A stretch of DNA of 64,000 bases from positions 1 to 64,000 of the forward strand of contig NW_026862940.1 of the NCBI RefSeq assembly GCF_026571515.1. The letters run 5' to 3'. This DNA comes from Ruditapes philippinarum. Its lineage: Eukaryota. The translations under genes were made by a program, and so were the position numbers. Each line of letters starts with the position of its first letter. Positions within the stretch are counted from its first letter, which is position 1. The notes beneath the pieces are model-generated. The model was not told the origin of the DNA, searched no databases, and worked only from the letters and a program-made list of their open reading frames with translations. Positions 26,135-38,716 of the stretch are shown here, one piece after another.

Positions 26135-27942
26135 ACAAAGGACCTGTGGTGAGGGTGTATAACTCGATTTCTATATTAAGTAGTTTTGGTAAACTCTCTA
26201 CTAATGTATTAATTAACCGTTTGAACAAGTATCGAGAGTCAAATGATATTCTGTGTGAAGAGGAAGCTGGTTTTAGAAAGAAGTAAAGTACAATTGATCA
26301 AATAATCACTCTGAAAATGTTGGTTGATTTTTATGTATCAAGGGGTAAAAATTATATTGTTGTATTATAGATTTACGTAAAGCGTTTGATTCTGTTGATA
26401 GAATTGCCTTATGACAGAAACTGCTCAAGAAAAATATAAGTGGTATTTTTTGAAAATTTTACATATTATATATGGTAAAGCAAAGCCTTGTGTAAAAAGA
26501 TGGTAAGATAAGCTTTCAAATTTTTGTTGCAAGTAATGCTGGCGTAAGACAAGTTGAAAATCTTTCATACCGTGTTGTTTTCGTTACTTCTAAATTATTT
26601 TGCACAGTTTATGTCTGAAAAATATGCTGGTATATATACATGCACTTGCTGATGATGTGAAGGGTCTATTAAGTAATAAGGATTAAGATGTGTTTTAGAC
26701 ACTTTATACTCCTTTATGCTGATGATATTGTAATTTTAGCAGAAAATGCAGATGAGCTCCAGACTGCATTAAATTCTATGTTAGAATATTATAATGTTTG
26801 GACTCTGAAAGTGAACTCTGCAAAAAGAAAGGTTATAATATTTTTAGGGGAAGGGATGGTATGGAAGATGCACCTCAATTTTCTTTTGATTATGATAACT
26901 TAGAATTAGTACAAGATTTTCTGATCTAGGTATTCAATTTATGGAAAAGGGTAAATTTGCTAAAACTAGAAAACGTCTTATTGATCAAGCGTAGAAAGCT
27001 AAGTTCTCTCTGATAAAGCTAGAAAATTGTTACTATCTGTAGATCTACAGATCCATTATTGTTTAATACAATGGTTTTTCTTCTTCTTTGTTATGGCTCT
27101 GAAGTTTGGGGAATAGAAAATGTAAAGTGTATTTATCAGTTTCAGCTTAAATTTTACAACATTTTACTTAACCTCAAGCAAAATACTCCCGATTGTATAT
27201 TAAATGGTGAACTTGGACTTTGCAAATAAAAAGTAGAATTATTGACAACTGGTGTAAGCTTTTGAATGGAAAAAATGATACGATTTGTATTATTTTATAT
27301 AAGGCAGCATACTGTGTAAATTTTAGATATTGAACTGAATTACTGTGGCTTTCTTTTGTTAAGTTTACTTTGGATTAACTTGGTTTATCAAATTATTGAT
27401 TAAGTCAATTTGTACCTATTCCGTTTAATTTCAAACGTCTTGCTAAACCAAACTTCGAAATTATATTTTTTTATGTGAGTCAAACCAATTGGGTGACGAA
27501 TTTCACTATCTCTTTTATTGTTCACATTTTGTTAATAGTAGACGTAAATTTATTAAACCGTATTACTACAGGTATCCTAATGCATTGAAATTTGAAGATC
27601 TTATGAATAGTAAAAACAAATCATATTTAAAAAATCTTGCTTTATTTTGAAAAGAAGAAATTACAACATGGAAATAATATGTATAATGTTGTATCATTAG
27701 TTTTCTAGAAATTTTGTTATTGAAGCATAAATTTCGATTATTATTAAGAATCCTGTCATAATTTTATTTTATTTTACGGGTACAATATAACTGTCACTCA
27801 TTCTTCTGTTATTTTATATATATTTTATGTATATTTTTCTGTGTTCCGGTTGTTACATGTTCACAATTTTGTATTTTATGTACATGTTCTTATGAACCAT
27901 GACAGTATTGAATAAATCATGAAATAAATCTTGAAATCTTGT
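26135..27942 (+). mobile_element. 5'-truncated, decayed non-LTR retrotransposon (RT domain; RTE-X/L2-like, clade uncertain)
   Basis: Frameshifted RT motifs: SISILSSFGKL..NRLNKY..ILCEEEAGFRK, IDLRKAFDSVDR, GVRQVENLS, LLYADDIVILA..LQTALN..WTLKVN, CYGSEVWG, GELG. The 3' end has AATAAA and a short tandem tail (GAAATCTT). Confidence 0.88.
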
Positions 27943-28892
27943 GTCTGAAATTGGCGTCAAAACAAAGCAATGCAGGTCAGACTGAAGGTTAATTAATTAA
28001 TATTATTATAATTATCCCAAATGAAGATGAAATGTGTTCAAGGTATTATCTTTTTGACATATTAGGCTATATGAATTATTATAGTCTATAGAGATACAAA
28101 ATTTAGTCAAACATCTAAAAGGAATTTAAATAAATAAATTATACAGAAAGTAAAAACATATAACTACATATCCGTGTTGAATTTAATTTGAAACCTAACA
28201 AGTTCAAAGTTTCCAGGCGGAAGTGTTTTGGTGGTGTCTTGTCTTGTTCTCGGTGGGAAGCTGTAACAACTGAATAGTGCAAGACTTAATTAAGCCACAG
28301 TTTTTAAAAATCATGATTGGGTTAAAACATAAAGGGACTTAACAAATAATGAACATATAAACTATATATTTACCTATATAACTAATGTATTTGAGTTGCT
28401 TTCCTTCTTTTTTTCTCTTTTTTTTCTATCTTATATTTCGGGCTTCACTCTGTCTAGCCATAAACATACTATGAAAGCACTGATAAACATGTGTTTGCAT
28501 GTAATACCCCCCCCCCCCCCCAAATAAAAAATAAATAAATTCCCTGTGTTAATTTTAAAGCCCGGATGGCAAAACATAGAATTTAGCTTTTAATACACTT
28601 TGATGGAAATATGTTTATAAGAATTTTTGCCTGGCAAATAAATGACACATGATAAGGCGTTCGATCCTCCAAAAACTAGTTATTGTCGCTTGATAAATGT
28701 TGGAAGCATTATTTTCCTGCAATAACTTACTTTGAAGCTTTAAGTTTAACCATTTGTGATATTTTGATATTTGCTGTTTTGATATTGGTAAAGATTGATT
28801 TTCTCTGATTTCTATAAAATAGAGAAAACAGAATCCCAAAAGAAAGCCCAATCTGGCAAAATTGAAAATATTACAGGCTCGGTTTAATTGAG

Positions 28893-31692
28893 TGTAGTGT
28901 AACGCTCAGATCTGAATAAACTCAATATGAACAAGCCAACACAATATAAAGTTTATAAACGTCATATATATGTATTTATTTTATATGATTTACTGTTCAC
29001 CAATACAGCACAATTGTTTTAACAATGTCTTTAACAACTTAACAATTCTTATACAAATATTTAAAATAATAAGAATTAATGCCAATTGCGTATTTAGCAT
29101 AATTTAACCTTAAGTGAGTGAGTCTGCTTTAACATCAAAAACTACACTAAATAATCGAATATTTCGCTCCCCTTATATACTAAAATACTTTACGCCTAAG
29201 ATTTAATAACTTAATAATTCATAGAGTATATATGCATTTGTTGACAGCTAAACAATTAAATAACCCATTATATATGCACGATCTAAAGTACAAAAGGTAC
29301 ACTTCCCGTTTAGTGTTGACAGGTCTATTAATTAACTAAATTAAACATAGTATTCGTGACAGCTCATTAAATTAATATATCCGTCTATGCATACCGTTAA
29401 CTAATTACTGGCTAATTACCGTTATCCTACAATATCTTCCCGACCAATTAAAAATACTTCCAGGTATTTTAAAATAAAACTTATTTAAAGAAAAAATTTA
29501 TGTCACTTTTAAGTATGAAAGACTACGAATAGTTTCAAGATTGAAAAAGGAAAAAAAATCGAACTCAAAAATAAAAATAACTAAAGGTAAGCAATTGACC
29601 TTTTACAATTTATATATAGCAAGAGATATAATTATTCATATACAAGTTTAAAATTGAAAGTAATATTACTTAAAACAAATCATATTTAATAGTTTCTATT
29701 TTTTTTTTACATATTTCTGTTAACAAACATATAAGAATATAATTTTATATTAATATGATAAAACAAGAAATGTTCCGTATATATAACTATTTTCACTGAT
29801 TGAATTGTCCTAAAATAACACTGTTTTGTATTGCGAGAATAACACTTATCTGTCCTAAAAAAACATAATCACTTTTTAGTTTTAAATAAATTTTAACACT
29901 GGTATGTCCTAATTTTTAAATTCACATTTTTAAAATTTTTCTTTTTTTTTTTGACGAAAGCAGAATCTCCAAGAATAGAATTAATTACACTATGTATCAA
30001 ATAAAGAAACACAAAATACACTTTTTATAAAATTAACACATTTTCTGTATAATTTGTCCATGAAACGTTGTTTCTTTTCTGCTTTTTGAATATCTATCCT
30101 GGAGATTATGCCTCCGTGTTAACCTGAAACGACATAAAATATAATTAAGAAACATGTACATGTAATGTGTATTAGCATGTGACAAAAATGAGATAAAAAA
30201 ACAAATATTTTAAATTAATCAGTGGAAGTCTTAAATTCCTATCATTTATATATACAGAAATGATGCAGTATAAATTGTTATAAAAGTAATTACTAAAAGT
30301 GTTAAAAACAATAAGAAAATAAAAAATAAAAACAATAAAAGAAATATATAAAACCCGTATAATACCCTTAACCAGAACCTGAAAATAGAAATCAAAGAAC
30401 TATTAAAAATGTAAATAAAACTCTGTCACCAATAACGATATAAACAATGGTATTTAAAATTAAAGAATAAAATATAAAAAATCTGACCGAAATAAGATTT
30501 AAAAGAAACTAAATGAAAGATTTTCCATGAAATACTTAATATCTAAATTTTCTTTTTGTTTTACTTAAAAAATTTTTCGAATTTTCTTTTAAATAATAAT
30601 CTTTAACATAAAATAAAAATAAATTTTGTGTCGTCTTCTAATCCACTTCGTCCATTTTACATCTTTGGGACGTCTGCCAGAGCGGATAAAAGTGACTTGC
30701 TGTCGCATGTTCAGCCTTGTTCAATAAACGGTCGAAAATCGATTCCATGAACCGACAGTCATTGACAAGATTTCCCAACGCTACCGGTGTAATTTCCAGT
30801 TCTAGACAATGGTCGCAGGCCTGTTGATTTCGTGCTGCTACTCGTTCTAGAATCGTCCCTTGTAGTGTAACGCTCAGATCTGAATAAACTCAATATGAAC
30901 AAGCCAACACAATATAAAGTTTATAAACGTCATATATATGTATTTATTTTATATGATTTACTGTTCACCAATACAGCACAATTGTTTTAACAATGTCTTT
31001 AACAACTTAACAATTCTTATACAAATATTTAAAATAATAAGAATTAATGCCAATTGCGTATTTAGCATAATTTAACCTTAAGTGAGTGAGTCTGCTTTAA
31101 CATCAAAAACTACACTAAATAATCGAATATTTCGCTCCCCTTATATACTAAAATACTTTACGCCTAACAGATCTGAATAAACTCAATATGAACAAGCCAA
31201 CACAATATAAAGTTTATAAACGTCATATATATGTATTTATTTTATATGATTTACTGTTCACCAATACAGCACAATTGTTTTAACAATGTCTTTAACAACT
31301 TAACAATTCTTATACAAATATTTAAAATAATAAGAATTAATGCCAATTGCGTATTTAGCATAATTTAACCTTAAGTGAGTGAGTCTGCTTTAACATCAAA
31401 AACTACACTAAATAATCAAATATTTCGCTCCCCTTATATACTAAAATACTTTACGCCTAAGATTTAATAACTTAATAATTCATAGAGTATATATGCATTT
31501 GTTGACAGCTAAACAATTAAATAACCCATTATATATGCACGATCTAAAGTACAAAAGGTACACTTCCCGTTTAGTGTTGACAGGTCTATTAATTAACTAA
31601 ATTAAACATAGTATTCGTGACAGCTCATTAAATTAATATATCCGTCTATGCATACCGTTAACTAATTACTGGCTAATTACCGTTATCCTACA
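28893..31692 (-). mobile_element. Young non-autonomous/deleted LTR retrotransposon (Gypsy-like), two LTRs, 4-bp TSD
   Basis: Near-identical direct repeats at 28893-29431 (539 bp) and 30861-31692 (832 bp, including a 293-bp internal tandem duplication). Termini TGTAGTGTAACG..CGTTATCCTACA. TSD TGAG at 28889-28892 and 31693-31696. On the minus strand a PPT (GGTCGGGAAGATAT) abuts the left LTR, and each LTR has AATAAA plus a GT-rich tract. Confidence 0.9.
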
Positions 31693-31755
31693 TGAGCCTA
31701 TTCACGAAACGGTAATGGAAAGTGCCCCCCCCCCCCCCCCATAGCACCAGCTTAA

Positions 31756-31985
31756 AGTGATATTATGCCCATCCAATGATAGATAGTGGGTGAATATGTG
31801 AAAATCAAAACAATTTTTTATTTTGCCATAATTTCTTTTAATTTAATAATTTACATTGCATAAACAATAAATAACGCAAGAATCCAAGCAAAATTTCTGT
31901 AAATATCCATTAGAATGTACCTGAAGCGTTCTGATTACAAAAGAGTGGGACAATATAAAATATAAAATATGAGCATAATGCCACT
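31756..31985. mobile_element. Kolobok-type MITE (TTAA TSD)
   Basis: TTAA|AGTGATATTATGCCC..GAGCATAATGCCACT|TTAA. The homologous repeat has the empty site GGCTTAAGCAG at about 54262. Confidence 0.8.
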
Positions 31986-32237
31986 TTAAGCAGAATTCAA
32001 CATTTAAACACGAAAATAGTGAAATTTTGAATTAAGAAACATCCGCAGATGTATTCATACGGCGGTTATCATGATACCTTCAATATGACGCAGTATAGCC
32101 ATTCTATGAAAAGCGGCGTATGTTTCCCAAGTAAAAGAATCTTTGTGCCTTTAACTAGAAAACAATGGGCGGGACTAAAAATGGAATTTTGAAAGGGGAG
32201 CTTGAATGTCACAGACAAGACGTCAAAAGACAAATTT

Positions 32238-32460
32238 AAACTAGAACTGTGTCCAAAGGACACGGATGCCCCCCCCCCCCCCCCACCGACAACATATATA
32301 TGGTATATGGTGAAAAACTTAACAAAGGGCCATAATTCTGTAAATTTGGTCGCAGCGAAAATTCCTTCGTTTACTACCATATACACATTAAGGTTGTACA
32401 TCCCTGAAAGTTTAAGCAAAATCTGCCATCCGGTTTAAGAGGAGTTGCGTTCACAAAATT
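32238..32460 (-). mobile_element. HINE 3'-end fragment upstream of DUT
   Basis: AAACTAGAACTGTGTCCAAAGGACACGGATGCCCC hairpin end, followed by part of a core unit (AAGGGCCATAATTCTG). Confidence 0.55.
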
Positions 32461-32799
32461 GCTATGTGGTAAAATAGAAGAAACTAAAAAATCATATATT
32501 TTAGCCTACTATGTATCGATAGCTATTGCTGATCTTCCAAAAAAAAATAATATCAGAACACTATTTATACCATTAAAATTTGCGTTGACTTTTCAAGTAG
32601 GAGCTTATCATTTATTTATTTTAGTTTTGCAACAACATTCTATGAATTAAGCTAGAATGCCACTTTTTAATAAAATTACACATTTGCAAATTAAAATTAT
32701 ATATGATGCGCCCCTTATAATATATTTCAACTTTTATTTACACTTTTTGGTGTTTCTTTTTCCTTTAGCGCAATAAAATGGATAATTAGATAGACTGGA

Positions 32800-32820
32800 T
32801 TTTCCCGCGGTAATTTTAAA
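32800..32820 (+). promoter_or_regulatory. E2F / CDE-CHR-like cell-cycle element upstream of DUT
   Basis: TTTTCCCGCGG-TAAT-TTTAAA: an E2F consensus overlapping CGCGG, a 4-nt spacer, then the CHR variant TTTAAA, ending 33 nt before the ATG. Confidence 0.5.
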
Positions 32821-32853
32821 ATTCCGCCCAAAAAAAGGGAAGCGCAAGACAAA

Positions 32854-35800
32854 ATGCCCGTCGAAGTGGAAGCTCAATTAGACTCTGTAGAACCAGAAAG
32901 TAAAAGATTGTGTACAATGCCTCTTGATTCAGTATTTTTGAAGTTTGCGAAACTGACACAAAAAGCCTTTACTCCAACGCGTGGGTCGAAGTTAGCCGCT
33001 GGATACGATTTATACAGGTGAGTAAAATTGATTAATTTAATCTCTGCGTAGGTCTATGAATAGAAAGAGAACAAAACAAGCATGTAATGCTTAAAGACCT
33101 ACTTATTATTCTTGCTCTGTAGCCGACTAAGTACTAAATAGAACAATTGAATTCATTGCAGGTTACTGTACCTGAGTACAGGCGGGAGTTTTGAAAATTC
33201 CTAAGAATACAAATTCAAGTAAGCGCTAAAACTGGAGTCCCCAAGCTGAGAAAGTCTGCTGTGAAAACCACAGATGACCAACAATATATTATAAATTATA
33301 ATATTTTGATCTATCAAATTAGCACTGAATGTCATTTGACAAAGGTGCAAAATTTTTGCATGTTTCAGTCGCAGAAAACTGGTCTAAATCTAATCCAGGA
33401 GATTGGCGTGTGGAGTCCTAGTGAAGTGATTACCAGTGTCTATTCTAGGACACGCGATTGCGCGATTCACGTTAGTATTTCACAGATCGCGCACAATTCA
33501 AAATCATGTGCGTGAAAATCGCGCATCTATAAAAAAAAGTAATAAAATCGTAAATCTTCCATCCCGCATTATATTTGGTTGTTTTGTTTACATTTACATC
33601 GGAAACCGAAGGGAGGTAACTGTTAGCTAATTATAATAATTTAGTACCGTATGGTACTGGTTACGTGAGTTGACGGAAATTAACGGAATGTTCCGTACTA
33701 ACCGGAACTAGTGTGCTCGGTCTGACAGTTGGGCGCCATTTTAGTGTAGTAAATTATCAAGAAAAACGAGGCAATTCCTAGCTTGGCTACGATCTAGACG
33801 TGAAAGATAGGTCGATTGTTTGTATTGTCCATCCCTTTATAATCAATCGCGGCAGTTCTGTAAAAATTTGTTTTCGTTTAAAAATTAGGGGGGGACAACT
33901 TTTGCTGCCTTAAATAAATAACGCCTCAGTGTAAACTTAATGCAGACGATTTAACATTGGCAGTTTATTTTGGCACCCCTTGATTTTGAAAATCGCCCCC
34001 TTTTTTGAAATAGAGGGGGGAAAATCACCCCTATTTTTCAATTCCTAGAATAAACACTGGATTACAGGTGTAGGCCATTTCCAACAGACTTGCTGTAGGG
34101 TTAACCCTTTAGCGACATGGTTGAGTGTCTGTCTTGAAATTGAGAGGTCCCGGTTTAAAACCCGGTCACCACTTGAGGGTTTTTCAGGTTTACAATACAC
34201 TAACAAAGTTTGCACTCTTACCCTATGCTACGACCGTATGTAAACAAAACGTTCGCACAGGGCATGCGCGGTGGTTAAATCCCACCCATTTTATTCGATT
34301 AAATTCTAGAACAACCTCCACTTTCGGTTTCAATTTTGCTGACAAGGAACAGTTTGAGTCAACACAAGTGTTAATTTTAATTGCAATGTCCAAAACTTTG
34401 CACTACACGGCGTAATTTTCATTACATATTGGGTATTATCACCGTCATGGTAGTTTTTATTCCAGTCGGTCAAAATGACGGTACACATTTACATGTAAAC
34501 AAACAGATTTAACTTCTCAGACAATTAAAATAAGGAATGGACACACGGTAAACTCTGTTGCAACGTAAAGTATATTCATAAACCTGTTTGAGAAAAATTG
34601 TCTCCGTGTTCAAATAAATTTCAAAAACGGGGAAAAAGGCTCTCTTTTACCGATACCCTGCAACAGAACCTTATTATTCTGTCGAATTAAATTGACTTTA
34701 TAACGCTCGTATACTATTATTTATTGATCGATTTTCATTATATTTATTTTGTAATACCTATCATTCAATATGCAATCAAACAAAAGCAAGTTTTCCTACA
34801 TTCAAGGAAATTGTAAATTAGGACGAGCTTTCAAAACAATCAGGTAGCAATTTCCAACACGCTTACCGAAACTCCAACATGGCGGCTCAACCTGGCTCAT
34901 TTGCATAATTTATTCATAAACGCAGGAGCATAGAACTTTGTTAGTGCAATAGTATACCTTAAAAAAATCATTGAGATGACAATGGTGTACTGAAGAAAAA
35001 ACCCTCGTGAAAACTCATCAAAAATAACATTTTGCATTATGATCTATTTTCAGTGCCTATGATGTAAGTATACCAGCTAAAGGGAAAGCTCTTGTGAAGA
35101 CAGACATACAGATTGGCCTGCCAGATGGTTGCTATGGACGTGTTGGTATGTTTATACACCTGGCCCATGTTACAGATACCAAATTCATCACTACATCAGT
35201 TTGGCATACTTAATTTCAATTATGGTTTGCTATTTATATCAGCGTTTTTTTTCTCTACTTTGGGAATGGTGCCGGTACCAGACTGATTGGGAAAAAATGC
35301 GTTATTTTGACTAAAATTTTTTTGGGAATTTTTTTAATATATTTTTTCAGCTACAAATGAGATTAGACATCATGAATAAAGATAGCTAACAGCTTCTACT
35401 GTCTAGATAGAACTATTGAGTGGTGATTTATATGAATATGTTGGATTTAAATGATTTTAGAAAAATCACTGCCTTGTGGGCATTTTGAACAGTCATTTTG
35501 GGAATTTAACATTGGAAATTGGGAATTTTAATGTCAATTTTCTATTGGGAATGGTACCGTTTAAGGGTAGTAGTTATATAAAGAAAAAAAACACTGTATA
35601 TATATGGATAAATTTATACGGCTAGCTTAAGGTACATTGGTGGTTCTACTTAAATGCAATCTCATGCCTAAAAAATGGATCTGCATCAAAGTTCTTCCTC
35701 CACCCTCTCCATAATTATGATGTCTTGAAAAACCGACCATCAAATATTAAAAGACAAAAAGGCAGGTGGAAGGTAAAAGCCTACTTTGATTGCACAGCCA

Positions 35801-38399
35801 TGCATGTGAATTGATGAGTGGAATAAAAATTGCCTGGTGCATTTATTAGAAATTGACCCAGGTAACAGTGTCAAACTTGAATGGAAGACTATTTTCATAT
35901 TCTTTTTCTAAAAATAACATACAACAAAATCAACAGTGACACCATCAATGAAAAGTATCAGTGTTACAGCATTTAATGTTTAAGGTATGATTTTTCTAAT
36001 TTATTCATACAAGCAGAACTTTACCAGTTTTATGTCTTACATATATGTTGTGTATAACATCAACCTAGATGTCTCTGTGAATATGTATAAGCTTCAACCC
36101 AGCATATTTTTCAAACCCAATGTCTTCAGCCTTCTTTCTCAAACTGTTGATTGACTGCTTGCCGCTCGTGGTTGTTTGGCTATGAAATTTATCCCTCTTA
36201 AATGAACATTGTTGTTAAACTACATGCTATATCTCAATATATACATCAAATTACAAAGTTATATTTCTTTTGAAGCACCAAGATCAGGCCTGGCTCACAA
36301 ACATTTCATTGATGTTGGCGGTAATTATCATATATTTTTATAAAGTCTTGAAATATTTAAGCAACCTTGAAATAGCTTAAAAATAAATGCAAGGTTTGCA
36401 TTCTCTTTCGTTTTATTTCAAAATCTTTAATAAAATAGATGTCTAAAATCTTCCAAGTCAAACATGAATTTGAAGATATTACATATTGAGGATGTACTCT
36501 TTGGATGATTAGAGGATGATATGATATGATAAAAAGATATATATGTGTTTAGTTAATCAGGGCGTCCATTAAGTTTGAAAATTTGGAAGTCAAGAGTCTG
36601 CAAAATCTCTGATTTTTGGAAGTCACATTATATATGTAACAAAAAAAAAGTATTAAATTCTGGAAGTCACAAGCCAAACTCGGGGAGTAAATGGCTCCCA
36701 AACTTCCATTATTGAAAGCTCTGTTTAATGGTATTTTTCATTGTAAAAATTGAAAGAAAAAAATAGTGGAAGATTTTGATATTAAAATAAACTCTACTCG
36801 TACATTTTAGCTGGTGTGATTGATCAGGATTACCGTGGAAATGTTGGGGTTGTCATGTTCAACTTCTCAGAAAAAGATTTTGAAGGTAGGTCAAGAATGA
36901 TTACAGGACATTTTCACCCCATCACCATGGGCCAAAATAAGGAACCATTCCCAATCCAAAATAGCCTCTTCCGATTAAAAAAAAATATCCTAACGTCAGC
37001 CCCTTTAAACAAAACTTTTGCGACTTCTGAGAAAACTTGAACTGTTTTCACTTATTTCTTAAAATAAATGATGTGTTATATGACATTATAATCTAATGTG
37101 GGTATTCGTAATCAAGACAGTACTGTGTAATCTTCACCGTATACATCACCCACTATATATTTTCACAGATCTCTATATTTTTTTTTAACAAATGATCTTT
37201 AGCTTCACTGGTGCTGGCCATTACTTAATCTGATACAAAATTATTAACATTTTTCAGTGATTTTCCTGCTTATAAAACAAGACTCCGATAAAGGGCCTCG
37301 TTCAAATGGAAATTTTCTTTAAAATCATGCAGTTTTCCCAAAAATCTGAACTTAAACCTGCTTTTTTACTTCCCAAAATAGCAGTTTTGTTGATAATTTT
37401 TCCCAATTAAGTGAGAAAAATCACTGTTTTAAAATGAAATACTAATGGTTTTGGTGTTGTTTTTTCCATCACAAAAGATTGTTAGTAACATTACAGTAAC
37501 AAAAGGAGAAACTAATATGTCCAAATGATCTGAATGCTGTAATTTGTTTATTTCACAAACATGATTTCTGTTTTGCTATTTCAGTAAAAGCTGGTGATAG
37601 GATTGCTCAGTTGATATGTGAAAGAATTTACCTACCTGACCTGAAGGAAGAAGATGTAAGATTTGTCCCTGTTAAAATCCTGAAATCACATACCATATCA
37701 AGAGTTTACAATTTGAAATATTTTAAAGTCTTAATAAACATAATTTGCATTTTGATTCATTCGCGTTAGATGGTTTTCAGTTGCACTTGACCCAGTCAGC
37801 GTTTATGCCCCACTGGCTGAGTGGTTAATGTAACTTCCTTTGAATCACTTAACCCTATACTGTGCTGGTGTGACGTAAAACCCAATAAAACAAACAAAAC
37901 TTAAGCTTATGTCTTGTTGTAATCAAGATATGATCCTACCAGATATTTAAATTTTTCTGATGTTAAGAATCTATCCAGATAAAATAAAGAAGGTTGGTGG
38001 TTCAACTTAATTCCTGAAACAGTACACAAAACAGTACACAAAACAATTATTTTTTTTAGGCCCTAGTAGCCTGAATATTATTATTGTGAAATTTTCACTA
38101 GCCCAATAAAAACTTAACTTTAACATCTTCCCATGTCTAAAACACAGGAATAATTGTCATGAAGTCTAATTATGCATATCCTAAGGAATTTGACCTTGAC
38201 CCATAAATGATCTAGACCTTCATGGTTAATTGCTTCAATTTTGTTTAAATTGACTAAACCCTATTTAACACAAGTGGTTATTTTCTTGTCTGAAACGTTC
38301 CCTGCATTTAATGGACAATTAACAAGTTTAACATGTTTACAGACCCTGGATATAACAGAGCGTGGAGATGGGGGCTTTGGCTCGACGGGGAAGAACTAG
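32854..38399 (+). CDS. DUT: Homotrimeric dUTP diphosphatase (dUTPase), 6 exons, 167 aa
   Basis: Exons 32854-33017, 35054-35145, 36276-36320, 36811-36885, 37585-37655, 38343-38399 (504 nt). All five dUTPase motifs are present: [39 protein letters not shown]. Confidence 0.98.
33434..34059. mobile_element. Non-autonomous DNA transposon in DUT intron 1
   Basis: TIR CAGTGTCTATTCTAGG..CCTAGAATAAACACTG flanked by GATTAC on both sides. A related end CCTAGAATAGACACTG lies at about 41979-41994. Confidence 0.8.
35240..35596. mobile_element. MITE in DUT intron 2
   Basis: TIR CAGCGTTTTTTT..AAAAAAACACTG with internal TTGGGAAT repeats. Confidence 0.55.
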
Positions 38400-38716
38400 G
38401 GTGAGAGAGGTAACCTCATAAAGACTTCAACATCCACTTGTTGCCACTAGAGGAAAGTGCTGGACTGAAACATTAAAGAATCAATCTTAAAGTGCAGATG
38501 TAGAGAATCCTGTTTACAGACTTCCAGCCCTGGTTGTTATATTTAGAAATGTGGTTGGTGTGTTGTTGTGTTGTTTTTTTGACAACCAAAAAAAAAAAGC
38601 CAACGAAAAAGCAATCTAGACTAAAGTTTTGCAAAGAAAGAATAAAAAATAACAGTAATGAAACTTTAACAAAATTTGATGAATATTTAGCAAGAGGTGG
38701 CAAAAGTTTAGGCCTG

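Noticed and set aside
34125-34415. 96-aa basic ORF in DUT intron 1 as a possible mitochondrial-targeting exon
   Set aside because: It starts at GTG inside a tRNA-like SINE head, and I found no phase-compatible donor to exon 2.
32854-38399. dUTPase as cargo of the neighbouring LTR element or of viral origin
   Set aside because: It lies outside the TSD-bounded element, has five spliceosomal introns, and has a cellular-type N-terminus and promoter.
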